DNA of 64,000 nt from Octopus sinensis (taxonomy: Eukaryota). Position numbers and translations under genes: made by a program. The notes beneath the pieces are model-generated. The model saw nothing but the letters and a program-made list of their open reading frames with translations, did no database searches and was not told where the DNA came from. The DNA lies in NCBI RefSeq assembly GCF_006345805.1, contig NC_043000.1:33232001-33296000 (forward strand). Direction: 5' to 3'. Shown piece by piece: positions 1 through 11,910 of the stretch. Within the stretch, counting starts at the first letter, position 1; each line of letters starts with the position of its first letter.

Positions 1-233
1 CCGCATGAATATGTCCCTCGTTTAAGAAACAGATTGGGTTTATTTACATTTCTGAAGAAAAAAAAGATACCCTTCCTCCCACCCCTAACCCTAACTAATG
101 CTAACCCTAACTAATGCTAACTCTAACCCTAAAACATATTGAAATGCAATAGATCGATACTAGGGTCATAATTATGGTTGACAATTTCATATGACACCGC
201 TAGAAAAAACTGCCGTTCAAACCGAAAAGATCC
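1..233 (+). mobile_element. Right-hand part of a GGATC-terminated MITE (same family as 13720-14144); left end lies outside the window
   Basis: Ends in AAAAACTGCCGTTCAAACCGAAAAGATCC, the same right TIR as the complete copy; internal (CCCTAA)-like tract at ~83-131. Confidence 0.85.
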
Positions 234-318
234 ATAATTTATATATTTTAAAATCAAAATAATTTATTTAATATAAAAATGAGCCAGGACTGGACGAAAC
301 ATTGCTTCGGGTTGTATG

Positions 319-401
319 TTTGATACCTCTACGCTGTAGAACAATAATTACCAGGTGAGTTTCAAGTAGCAATTATTGTTCTATGGACCAGAGGTATCAA
401 A
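319..401. repeat. Inverted repeat/hairpin (12-bp + 13-bp perfect stems)
   Basis: TTTGATACCTCT (319-330) pairs with AGAGGTATCAAA (390-401); TAGAACAATAATT (337-349) pairs with AATTATTGTTCTA (371-383). Confidence 0.85.
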
Positions 402-1224
402 AAAGATCTTAGAAATATCATAAGAAAATTTCACTAACGGACAAGATAAAAAAATCTAGGAACGCGTAAATATGGTGGTTTATTTTTCAAGGATTTTATT
501 TTTTCTGGATAACGTATCTTCTTAAATATGCTTGATGCGTATTTTATTGGTTTCCGTGGGTAAGAGAAATTCCAGGAACGCCCAGATTTGGCTACGCTCC
601 TGCGTACACTCACGCACACCAATTCACATACATACATGCATGTATACACACGCCTTGCTGTCTACATTTCTGTATGTATACACTTCTGTATGTCTATATA
701 TTTCTTTAAATATATACGTACGATTTTGTAGTTATGTGTGTATATGTAGTTAAGTGCTGTATATGTGTGTGTGCGTGTGTGTGTGAGTGCGTGTGATGCC
801 CATGTTTAGTCGTCGCCAGCTACTAGGTGTTTATTTATTCATTAGTCAATGTAGCCGGCCAGTCATTCGGCTGTAAGAACGGCGTTGTTATGGGTTACGA
901 AGAGCGTCTTGATTAACTCAACTCATTGCCGATGAAAAGCAAAGTAATGTGGCCTTTTTTCACCTCCTCCTCCTCCTCCTGTTTTCTCTTCCTCTTATGT
1001 CTGACTGTTTCACGCTTTAATAAACATCGTCAGATTGTTCACATACCGTGTCCAACTGAGAAAAAAGTTGCAAGGTTTAAAGAAGAGCAACATACTTCTC
1101 TCTCCAACCGCCCTCTCTCTCTCTCTCGTCATTTCATCAGACAGTTTCACAGTAAGGAGAGACACTTAAACAGCTGGATGACACACACACACACTTACAT
1201 ATACAACAGATATCAACATATGTA

Positions 1225-1412
1225 TTGTTGCTGCTGCTGCTGTTTAACCCGAGGTCAAGCAATGATCAAAGTTCTGCCCACCTCCAGCCATCCAGTCTTT
1301 TTAATGCCATGGGGGAAGAGTACATTATCTAATGAGTCCTTTCCTTATTTAAGATAGCAGAGTGGGATTTTGGAGAGCTTTGGCTTCTTTTTCTAGCGGG
1401 TCGATCGACCAC
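1225..1412. mobile_element. Unclassified interspersed repeat (related decayed copies at ~22590-22790 and ~29750-29890)
   Basis: Shared motifs by eye: (GTT/GCT)n-GTTTAACC, TGATCAAAG..CCAGCC..ACCATCC, and GATTT(G)G..GCT(A/T)TTTCTAG. Confidence 0.45.
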
Positions 1413-1499
1413 ATTATGGCATGCACATTGGCTCCTGTATGTGCATGTGTGTGTATATGTAAGGATATAGATGTGTGTATGTCTGTGTATAGTGGTTGT

Positions 1500-1672
1500 T
1501 GAGTGAAGGCATACATAGCCGGATGGTTAAGAAGTTTACAAACCTTAAGACATTAGGTTTGATTCCACAACGCATCAACTTGATCACATGTCTTCCCTGA
1601 AACCCTTGGGTCAACTCAAAATGTGCGAGGACTGAAATTGGCTTGATGGAAACTGTGCAGAAGCCCATCGAT
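1500..1672 (+). mobile_element. Old, decayed CORE-like SINE head
   Basis: Diverged match to the 6722-7164 family (GGTTAAGAAG...TTCGATTCC-like B box...GATGGAAACTG..GAAGCCC.TCG). Confidence 0.55.
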
Positions 1673-2896
1673 AATTCAAAGATCCGGCATTGTTACACTC
1701 TTTGTTACACTGATTATAGCCGAGAATTACGTTTTACAAGAATCCCTAAGGATCCTTTATCGAGTCCCTAATCGTCTTAAAAAATTTCCCCAATATCTTA
1801 TAACAAAATCCCGAATAAAATCATCGCCATGACCTTAATTATGTTTTCAAAGCTTCATATCATTAGTAGATTTCTAATCGTGTCCATCAACTTTGTCACA
1901 GGATCCTCGTCCCTCGTTCTAACCACAACCGAATGCAGCAGTCCGTCGTTTAGAAGCCATCACAACCAAGTGTTTGACTGAAGAGGTCGGGTATTATTTA
2001 ATGTGATAGAGACATCACATTAAACCAGTTTGGGTAGAAAGCAGTAGAAAATGTCCGAGGTGTGGGGTTGGCTGTATTTGTTGCAAAGCACTGTCTCTAC
2101 TTTTGGTTTCCAGGTGATGTCAGGTGAATCAAGTTGCAAACGGAAACTTAAGATTGATTCTATCTGATTAATTTCTCTTGTACCAACTCAGCAAATCTCT
2201 TTCAAATAAGAAAATACGATAAATTACATCAGTAAATGCCAGATGTTTCAATGAAGTCGATTATATTCCAATCAGTTGTCGGCTAAATTCTTGCTGTTCT
2301 ACTCAATACGTTTATTGAATATCTGTTTCTCTAAGTACCAGCCATAAACTGACCCCGCCCATCCACTAATCTTTTTCCCTTTTTTTTTCTAAAGGTTGTT
2401 TTGGATTTGCAGAATCATAAGAGATTCGAACAAAATGACATTCGGTATTTACTCCGTGTTCTAATATTAGATCCCACCGAGGTCTTCTTTATCTTTTATT
2501 CTTCTGGTGTCAAAGTAAAATAGCAGTCAAGTACTTGGGTCTCTATAATCAACTGTTCCCTCTCCACTCCACAGAATGCGTCGATACAAGAAATTATAAT
2601 TCTTGTAAAAAATTATTATTTGTGACAAATACTGATACCAAAGGGCAAGCTTTATATCCGACTTAGCGTGAATATTTTGTTAGAACACCGAATGCTGCGT
2701 TATTTGCCTTGCGAGGACCTCTCATATGGACGCATGGTGCATAAAAGCACTTATATTTATTGTATTGAAAATCGCCTGTTACGGACACTGAAACAACCAG
2801 TTTACGTGGTTTGGGCGTACTCCGCCTTTTCTGATTATTTGCGGCAACAATACAGCGTTGGCAATGAGATTTAGTTAGTAAGTGGCTTGCGGACGG

Positions 2897-2942
2897 CCGT
2901 CACTGAAGAGATGCAGTACGTCGAAATCACGTGATTTGGTAG
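2897..2942 (+). ncRNA. Type I hammerhead ribozyme motif, canonical core
   Basis: CUGAAGA (2903-2909), stem II GAUG/CGUC with 5-nt loop, GAAA (2923-2926), palindromic stem III AUCACGUGAU, AUU cleavage triplet, 4-bp stem I with two G-U pairs. Confidence 0.7.
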
Positions 2943-3027
2943 TTTCATCGCGACTGTAGCAGACGATTCTCGTATACCAACGCCATAAAATCGTGGTGTG
3001 TGGTGTATATGTACATACATCTATACG

Positions 3028-3036
3028 TGTATATAT

Positions 3037-3096
<60 letters not shown>

Positions 3097-3101
3097 ATAT
3101 A
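3028..3101. repeat. (TA)n microsatellite
   Basis: Direct inspection. Confidence 0.95.
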
Positions 3102-3122
3102 CTTTATATAAAAGCAGCAGAA

Positions 3123-3179
3123 ATAACAAAAGCTGTTACTCAGAGTTTCACGTTCCCGTTCGTCGGACAGTTTTGTTAT
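3123..3179 (-). ncRNA. Type I hammerhead ribozyme motif, U4C core variant
   Basis: Minus strand: AUAACAAAA-CUGU | CCGACGA | ACG-GGAA-CGU | GAAA | CUC-U-GAG | UA | ACAG-C-UUUUGUUAU; 13-bp stem I with one bulge, GNRA loop II, GUA triplet. Confidence 0.8.
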
Positions 3180-3658
3180 ATTATATGATCAAAACTAGTT
3201 AAAGGATACACCTTTAAAAATGGATTTGTTTCATTGGTCCTTTCAATTAACGGTCTTATGCAAGCAATGAACAAAATAAACAAAATAAATGAATTCAATA
3301 TAAATTCATCCTACTATAAAATCGAGGAAAACCTTAAATCGAAGAGCGGCTTCAAAATAAATATTATAAATAATTATATACGAAACATAATTCAATTAAT
3401 ACATTATAACTTTCACGCTGCATTACATAAATATTTTACAACAGTATATACGCATACTAAACCATCAAAATACACAGATGGATGCACACAGACAGCATAC
3501 ATATACAGACATATATGTAAGACGTAAATACATACACAAATACACATATACACATGTATACATATGTACGCAAAGTTTAAGTTACATCAATTAGAATATA
3601 TGAACCAAATCGAATGTAAAATTGGATTAGGTTTTTATTTCATATTTCAAAAACTTAA

Positions 3659-3714
<56 letters not shown>

Positions 3715-3744
3715 TAAAATAATCTGATATTATTTCTTTATATA

Positions 3745-4935
3745 CTTTCATACCTATGCGTTTTGGTGTGGTGGAAGTGGCGAGCCATAAGTTGAGACTG
3801 AGTCTCAAAGGCATGGTTGAAACTGCAGAGCCTGCGTAGACGGAGGAATTGGAAATAGGAGAGCTTGGTGTGGTTAGGGTGGGGGGAGAAGTTGAGGTAT
3901 ATGTGTGAGTGTGTGTTTGTAGTGGATGGAGATAGTGAGAGTGGAGTGATGAATACTGACCGAAATGTCGAAAAAGGTGACTGAGGTGTCGGAAATAGTG
4001 CAGGAGAAGTGGAGGGCGAGATGAAAGATTTGACAAAAGAGAGGAAAGAGTCTAGATGTTCGCGGTAGAGTGAGGTTGCACTGATACAGTCGTCAATATA
4101 ACGACCGTATAGTTCAGGAGTGGGACCAGTGAAACTTGAGAATATTTGTACCCCCAACGTAGCCAACGAACAGGTTCGCATAGTTGGGGCCCATTCTCGT
4201 TCCGATGGCCACTCCCGAGACCTGGTGGTAATAATCACCCGCAAATAAGAAGTAGCTAAGTGAGAAGACGAGTTCGACCAGACGAAGGAGTGCGGATGTG
4301 TCAGGTTGGGGGTTGGGTCGAAGGCCAAGGAAATGTTGGAGTGTACGCAGCCCCTCGTGGTGAGGGATCATCATGTATAGACTGTGGATGTCAAGAGTGA
4401 AGAGAAGTTTAGAGGGGCCAGGAGGGAAGGAGAAAGAGTTGAACAAACGAAGACCATGGTTGGTGTCATGAATGTGAGAGGAGGGAAGCCACTAGGAGGC
4501 AAGGACACGGTCAAGATATCTGGAGATGAGTTCGGTGGGGTAGTTGCAGGCGGAGACGATGGGGCGATCAGGGTTGTTAGGTTTGTGGATTTTGGGGAGG
4601 AAGTAAATTGTGGGAGTGCGAGGGGTGCGGCAAATGAGACTAGGAGCGGTGGGGGAGACGGGAGGAAATGAGGTCATAGATAATGGAGGACACAGTCTGT
4701 TTGGTAGCTGGGCGTGGGGTTAGAGGACAGAGGGCAGTAGAAGGAGGTGTCTTGAAGTTGGTGGAGAGCTTCCGCCTCGTAGAGGTCCGCGCGCCACACT
4801 TTACAGCTCCACCCTTGTCGGCCGGTTTTATGATGATGTACGTGATGCGTCGGAGAATCGAAGGGCCGAGAGTTCGGCTGGGCATGAGTCCAAAATTCGT
4901 TGCTGGATGGAGTGAGGTGTATGAAGCGCAGACTG
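3745..4935 (-). pseudogene. Penelope-like retroelement reverse transcriptase fragment (frameshifted)
   Basis: Across ORFs 4640-4885, 4492-4677, 4114-4446 and 3738-4328: [65 protein letters not shown], which are PLE RT motifs. Confidence 0.92.
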
Positions 4936-5089
4936 CAGAAATTTATTAACTGCAGAGTTATTTCCGGCCTCAGCGCGCCAAAATGAATACATTTGAAAGA
5001 TACTTCCCAATATAATTTGCCGAACTTTATATATGCTCTCTTTCGGGTGAGCGTTCTGTGTCTTGTTCTGGACAGCGTCTAGTTTTAAG

Positions 5090-5170
5090 CGACAGACTAC
5101 GCCGATGAGTTTGCAGATATTTACATTCGTAAATATTAACAAACGAAACCAATGGTACGTAGGTAATCGT
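5090..5170 (+). ncRNA. Extended type I hammerhead ribozyme motif, U4C core variant
   Basis: CUACG (5097-5101) | CCGAUGA | stem II GUUUG/CAAAC plus 9-bp extension with AUUC loop | GAAA (5145-5148) | CC-AAU-GG | UA | CGUAG (5158-5162); possible outer stem I GCGA/UCGU. Confidence 0.8.
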
Positions 5171-5388
5171 TTTTTATTTCGCATATTTTCATTTGTCTTG
5201 CTCATTTTAACATTCTGGCGTTTTGATTAAATTTTTCTTGAGAATACACTCTTCGTGGTAAGATAATTTGACGTCTATCTTTAGCATATTAGGAATCCAC
5301 TTTGGTGGTCATTCCTCTTAATTTGTATGTATGTATATATATACACATATTTATATTATTTAACTGAACACCACGCATCCATTTCCAA

Positions 5389-5451
<63 letters not shown>

Positions 5452-5921
5452 GATCTACGTTTTAGGGACAAATTCTTCCACAGCCTTCCAATCAAGGATT
5501 TGGTGAGAAGGCATCCAGATGCCTGGAAGAGTACAGAGATTTTCGTTCCTGTCCTTGAATTTTGTAGTTGGATGGTTCTCCTTCACCTCTTTGTCTTGAC
5601 TGGCTGATCTCAGATTATTGTGGCCAGTAGGTAGATAAGCGCCGTGTTATTTATTTATTTATAATACTTCCTGTCCATTTGCACACCGACGGAGCGGCAG
5701 AGCAGCTAACTCGATCTTGATTGTGAAAACTGATGGATTTGAAAGGACTGGCCACAGATTATATTGTCAATTCTTACTTTAATTTGTTCCTATGTAAGTC
5801 TAGGCAAGGATTCTGTGCAGTTAAAACCAGCCATTTCTTGCTGTTTATATCCCAAAACGTTGCCATCATTGTCGGTATTAACCCTGATTTTCTTCATCTC
5901 TGTGGAATCTTGCGTTGTGAT

Positions 5922-6212
5922 GGTGCATGGCTCAGTGGTTAAAGTGTCGGGCTCACAATCATGAGGTAGAGTTCGATTCCCAGACTTGGCAGTGTATTGT
6001 GTTCTTGAGTAAGACACTGTATTTTACGTTGCTCCCGTTCACGCAGCTATAGAAATGACTTGTGACGTCACTGGTCCCTTTGCCTTTCCCTTGGATAACA
6101 TCAGTGTCGTGGAGAAGAGAGGCCGGTATGCATGGGAGACTACTAGTCTCCCGTAAACAACTTTGCCCGGAATTGTGCTTCGGAAGGGGAACTTTCTAGG
6201 TGCAATCTAGGG
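5922..6212 (+). mobile_element. tRNA-derived SINE (V-domain-like centre)
   Basis: A box TGGCTCAGTGG, B box GTTCGATTCC, then GTGTTCTTGAGTAAGACACTG central motif. Confidence 0.75.
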
Positions 6213-6721
6213 GTTCTTCTACCCTACGGAGTCTTGCAGAATATTGGCCTGGGACATTTCGTTTCTTTAACGTATTTTGGAATTTCATTTGTAATTAAAA
6301 CGTTTCGTCTTTCTCAATCAGTCAATTAGACATATTTAATTAGACACATCTAATTGGACGCTGAATAAACTCAGCATTGGTTGAATACGCGATTATAATT
6401 AAACGAATAGAAGTGATGCAGTTGTTAACTGGATACAGTGTTGGTCTTCACATGTGCATCCATTTATGTAAACATTAAAAGAAGCGGCGTTAAAATGGTG
6501 ACATAAAAAATACTATAAATTTAACAACATAAATGACGGCAATAAAATCTAGAGTTCGTATCACAACAGTAGGGGACAATTCATTCAGTCTGGAAGACAC
6601 TTGTCTAAGATTCCACGTATTGGTATCTAACTCGGAAACTTCTAAAGGACATAGCCATTCTTATGGATCTGTGCAATAAATTCACTGTCAATTTTCTTCT
6701 TAGATAAATCTCCTTACATGC

Positions 6722-6887
6722 AGGAGGGGCTGTGTGGTAAGTAGCTTGTTTACCAACCACATGGTTCTGGGTTCAGTCCCACTGCGTAGCACCTTGGGCA
6801 AGTGTCTTCTACTATAGCCTCGGGCCGACCAAAGCCTTGTGAGTGGATTTGGTAGACGGAAACTGAAAGAAGTCCGTCGTATATATG

Positions 6888-6952
<65 letters not shown>

Positions 6953-7164
6953 TGTGTGTGTTTGTGTGTCTGTGTTTGTCCCCCTAGCATTGCTTGACAA
7001 CCGATGCTGGTATGTTTATGTCCCCGTTACTTAGCGGTTCGGCAAAAGAGACCGATAGAATAAATACTGGGCTTACAAAAAAATAAGTCCCGGGGTCGAG
7101 TTGCTCGATTAAAGGCGGTGCTCCAGCATGGCCGCAGTCAAATGACTGAAACAAGTAAAAGAGT
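6722..7164 (+). mobile_element. CORE-like tRNA SINE, full length, with internal (TA)n(TG)n tract
   Basis: tRNA-like head, ACCTTGGGCAAGT core motif, internal microsatellite, tail ending GGCGGTGCTCCAGCATGGCCGCAGTC..CTGAAACAAGTAAAAGAG. Confidence 0.9.
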
Positions 7165-7552
7165 ATGTCTTCTACATTCCGCATGAACAACAAAACCTCC
7201 AACAAGAACAACAACAGCAGCAGCAACAGCTGCAGCAGCAACGTCAACAAGAACAACAGCAACAAAAACGGCAAACCTATCGCCAGCCAGTATTTAGTCT
7301 GGGTTTTCCAGGTAAATGAAGTTTATCGCTTAATGTTCCCATGCTTTCAAGCAGAACAACTATCTTTTTATTCATTGGTGGTGGTGGTGGTGGTGGTGGA
7401 AGCGACCATGGCAGTGGTGGTGACGAGGCGGCAGCGGCCGCGATGGAGGGGTGCGTGCTTACTTAAATGTTTCTAATTCACTTACTAGTTAAGATTTGCG
7501 TTCCATTCTAAAGTGATATACCACGAAACAATAACAGTAGTATTAGTAGTAT

Positions 7553-7601
<49 letters not shown>

Positions 7602-7817
7602 TTTTGCTTTGTATTAGCCACAAGGGTAGTAGAAGATAAAACATAGAAAGGGACGTTAAACAGGGGTGGGTGCTTACAAAGATATGTGGTGGGGGAGTGA
7701 AGAAATGACAAAGGGTTGTGGCTGGGGTGGGAGAGGAGCGAAAGACATTGCATAATGCAATTAGAACGAATCAAAAACTTATGAAGCAGAAAAATTACGC
7801 GGAAATAAATATTAAAA

Positions 7818-8127
7818 ATAATAATAATAATGATAATGATAATAATGATAATGATAATAATGATAATGATAATAATGATAATGATAATAATAATAATGAT
7901 AATAATAATAATGATGATAATAGTAATAATGATAATGATGATGATGATAATAATGATGATGATAATAATAATAATAATGATAATAATAGTAATAATGATG
8001 ATGATAATAATAATAATGATGATAATAATATTAATAATGATAATAATGATAATAATAATGATAATAATAATAATAATGATGATGATGATAATATAATAAT
8101 AATGATGATGATAATAATATAATAATG

Positions 8128-8203
<76 letters not shown>
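7818..8203. repeat. Long imperfect (AAT/GAT)n microsatellite
   Basis: Direct inspection. Confidence 0.95.
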
Positions 8204-8289
8204 GCATTCACAGAGCGCAAACTTCCACCAAGGCAACACCAATGTTCTCTCAACGATTAACCAGAGATGATTTTTTTAAATGAGAATAT

Positions 8290-8575
8290 CTGAAATAAAC
8301 TCGACTGCTCTCACAAACGAGAATATTAAAAATGGACCCGACTCCTCTCAAAAAGTTTAAAAAAAAAAAACGGAGAAATAATCCAGAATCCTTATCCGGT
8401 ACCGAATCGATCCCAAGATCTAATCAGTACGTGCCTGACACGAGGCCAAACATCCCTGAAAGTTTCATCCGAATCCATCAAGTGGTGGTTCTTGAGATAT
8501 CTTGTTCACGGACAAACAAACAAACAAACACGACTGAAAACAATACCTCCGCCTTGGCTAAGGCGGAGGTAATAA
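8290..8575. mobile_element. HINE/Helentron-like non-autonomous element
   Basis: Terminal 12-bp perfect hairpin TACCTCCGCCTT-ggct-AAGGCGGAGGTA (8544-8571) next to an (AAAC)n tract, the layout known for DINE-1/HINE elements. Confidence 0.6.
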
Positions 8576-8612
8576 TTCTAAACATGATATTTATCTTCTC
8601 TTTCATTTCAAG

Positions 8613-8859
8613 TATTTTTAACTTTGTTTCAATCACAAGACTGGGGCCATGCTGGGGCACCACCTTGAAAAATTTTTAGTCGAACGAATCGACCCCATTA
8701 TTTTTTAAAAGTCTGGTACATATTCCATCGGTCTTTTTGACGAACCGCTAAGTTATGGGGAGGTAAACACACCAACACGTGTTAAGCGGTGGGCCGGTGG
8801 GGTGTTAACAAACTCAGACACACTTGAATATATATATATATATATATAGATATATATAT

Positions 8860-8934
<75 letters not shown>

Positions 8935-9096
8935 GACAGGCTTCTTTCAGTTTCCGTCTACCAAATCCTCTCAGAAGACTTTGGTTGGCCTGCGACTCTA
9001 GTAAAAGTAACTTGCCCAATGTGCCACGCAGTGGGACTGAACCCGGAACCATGTGGTTGGTAAGCAAGCTTCTTACCACACAGCCACACCTGCGCC
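8613..9096 (-). mobile_element. CORE-like SINE with internal (TA)n
   Basis: Reverse-complement match to 6722-7164 over head, core and tail. Confidence 0.88.
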
Positions 9097-9687
9097 AATA
9101 TAAAAAGAAAACAATTATATAAAAAAATTAAAAGCTCCACTGGTGTATCTTGGTCCTTGAAAGCACTTTCACTGCCCTACTTTCGTGTCTCGCTCACCAT
9201 TCCGTGAGAAGTGCTTTATATTGAGCAGGTGATGTTGAAACATAAGAATTCATAAAGTTTCGGTTTTGCATTTGGTTTCTAAGATTCATGAGAATTTGTG
9301 TGCTGAAACATTTTGTCGCATCTCGGGAGGGTCATTACACCAATATTAAACACACGCACTGGTTCTGTTTCACTTCTTTATTATTTTCGATTGGTCAACT
9401 ATTTAACGAATTGATTAATCAATCGTTTGATTGATCGTTGTGTTAATCAATCATGCTTATGAAAATCCTTTCGCAATGTAATATCTGAGATTTGAGATAT
9501 TATTCTGCTATTATTTACCCGTTAGATTAGAGTAAAATGAAAAAAATATATCCGACCAGGCCAATAATCCCAGGAACGCTAAACCTACAACAATGTCTGA
9601 GAAGGATTCGCGAGTGAAAAAATTCTTGAACGAAAATTACTTTGTAAAACACCGAGAAATATAAGAGCAGAATTTTATAACAACAAC

Positions 9688-9740
<53 letters not shown>

Positions 9741-9748
9741 TAATAATA

Positions 9749-10145
9749 GAAATGTATCTTTCAAGAACTACCTAAAACTGAGCAAGTATAAAGATCTTAA
9801 AATAGAAATTGGCAAAATATGGAACCTTAAGACTAAAACAATACTTGTTGTCATAGGTGCCCTAAGAATGATAGGAAAAGGAGCTGATTGCTACCCAGCT
9901 CAGATACCAAAATGGCAGAAATTCGATAGTGCTCCTGGGAACTACCCATATCTTACGCAAAATACTGTCTATGTCATCTCAAATTTTAAAACAAACTCAT
10001 AATTTTCTTGTTTTGTTAAACATTATCTTGAACAAAACCAAATATATGACACCCTAGGCATAACACCAACTTGAACTTCTAACTTGTCTCTTCAGGTCTC
10101 TCGATGTGACTTGGAGTCAACTTGTACAAATACAAAACAAAAGGC

Positions 10146-10146
<1 letters not shown>
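9749..10146 (+). mobile_element. R4/Dong-type non-LTR retrotransposon 3' fragment (subfamily 2)
   Basis: Decayed KYKDLKIEIGKIWNLKTKTILVVIGALRMI (RLE C-terminus) plus 3' UTR; (AAT)n on both sides. Confidence 0.8.
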
Positions 10147-10190
<44 letters not shown>

Positions 10191-10477
10191 GTGCCCTAGG
10201 CTTGCGCAAAACTAGTACAAGTTGTGGCGACACGATCATGTAGCGAAAGTGGGGGCTGGAGAAAGGCAAGACGTGGAATGAGCACAAACCGCAGAAATAG
10301 CTGAAAAGAACGACTAGCACGATACAGGTAGCAAGACCGCTACGCATGTAAGACTCCAGGAGCTCCAACAAAACCTGTGATAAAGACAAGTAATAATTTT
10401 GTTCTAGATGTCGGGAAGACACTCGGTAAGAAATGGAAATAAAACTGAAGGAAGGAGAAAAACTCATAATAACAATA

Positions 10478-11267
10478 ATCATTTCCGCTATAGGTACAAT
10501 GCCTGAAATCTTGTGGGAGTGGAGGTAGTAGACTATATCACACCAGTGCATGACTGGTACTTATTTATCAACCATGAAAGGATGAAAGGCAACGTGAACC
10601 TCAGCAGAATTTGAATTTTGTACGTAGAGACAGACAAACTGCCGCTAAACTGTCCTCTCAACTCACCGCCTTAATAATAATGGTTTCAAATTTTGGCACA
10701 AAACCATCAATTTCGGGGCACACAGTAAGTCGATATTTTCTGTGCTTGACTGGTATTTCATGGTATCGATCTCAAAAGGATCGGCGGAATTTGAATTCAG
10801 AACGTAGCGACGGACGAAATGCCGCTAAGCATTTTGCCCGGTGCGTTAACGATTCTGTCGCCTTAAGAATAATAATAATCCTTTCTACTATAGGCACAAG
10901 GCTTAGAATTTGAGGGGAGAGGGATAGTCGATCACATTGACTCCAATACTTGACAGGTACTTAATTCATTGAGGATAAAAGGCACAGTCGACCACAGCAG
11001 AATTTGAACTCAGAACGTAGCTACGGGCGAAATACCTATTTCTTTACTACCCACAAGAGGCTAAACACAGAGAGGACAAACAAGGACAGACAAACGGATT
11101 AAGTCGATTATATCGACCCCAGTGCGTAACTGGTACTTATTTAATCGACCCCGAAAGGATGAAAGGCAAAGTCGACCTCAGCGGAATTTGAACTCAGAAC
11201 GTAGCGTCAGACGAAATACGGCTACGCATTTCGTTCAGCGTGCTAACGTTTCTGTCAGCTCGCCGCC
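10478..11267 (-). mobile_element. Tandem stack of four Meta-like SINE units
   Basis: Repeated GAAAGGATGAAAGGCAAAGTCGAC and GAATTTGAACTCAGAACGTA motifs; units separated by (AAT)n or by a fixed junction at 11036/11037. Confidence 0.85.
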
Positions 11268-11679
11268 TTTTAATAATAATGATAATGGGAAGGAAAAGAT
11301 GAAAGCAAAAGAGACAGACAGACAGGTATCTGAGTAATGTGTTTACCTCCTACCTAACTGTGAAGTAATTAGTGAATTAGCTTGTATTGTTCTCTTCTAG
11401 AAACTTCTGTTGATTGTTGACTTATATTGATGTGAGGAGCATGAAGTGGGGCTGGAGCTGGCGGTGGTGGGGAGGGTTTCCTTTTGTATAACCGCCGAAA
11501 CGGAGACAAACCACCGCTGGTGGTGATGACATTACATCGCGTCTGGATGAATGACCGACACAAAACAACAACAGCTGAGCGCCTGTCTGTTGCTAGAAGG
11601 TCTTCTTTGAAAAGAGAAAACTTAAATATGTCGAAACAAGAGACACAAAGAAAATGAAATCAACCATGGCAGTATATAA

Positions 11680-11910
11680 GGCGGCGAGCTGGCAGAAACG
11701 TTAGCACGCCGGGCGAAATGCTTAGCGGTATTTCGTCTGCCGTTACGTTGTGAGTTCAAATTCCGCCGAGGTCGACTTTGCCTTTCATCCTTTCGGGGTC
11801 GATAAATTAAGTACCAGTTACGCACTGGGGTCGATGTAATCGACTTAATACCTATGTCTGTCCTTGTTTGTCCTCTCTGTGTTTAGCCCCTTGTGGGTAA
11901 TTAAGAAATA
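11680..11910 (+). mobile_element. Meta-like tRNA SINE monomer with 9-bp TSD
   Basis: GGCGGCGAGCTGGCAGAA head, GAGTTCAAATTCC B box, GCCTTTCATCCTTTCGGGGTCGATAAATTAAGTACCAG centre; AGTATATAA at 11671-11679 and 11911-11919. Confidence 0.92.

Noticed and set aside
83-131. CCCTAA repeats as a true telomere or chromosome fusion site
   Set aside because: Short, degenerate, and always at the same position inside a MITE.
5922-6000. SINE heads (also 6722, 11680, 30079, 37931) as tRNA genes
   Set aside because: They have A and B boxes but no complete cloverleaf and continue into SINE bodies.
6293-6327. Minus-strand hammerhead-like AAUUGA-CUGAUUGA-GAAAGAC-GAAA-CG-UU-UUAAUU
   Set aside because: Stem I pairs, but the core has an insertion and stem II is essentially absent; at best a remnant.
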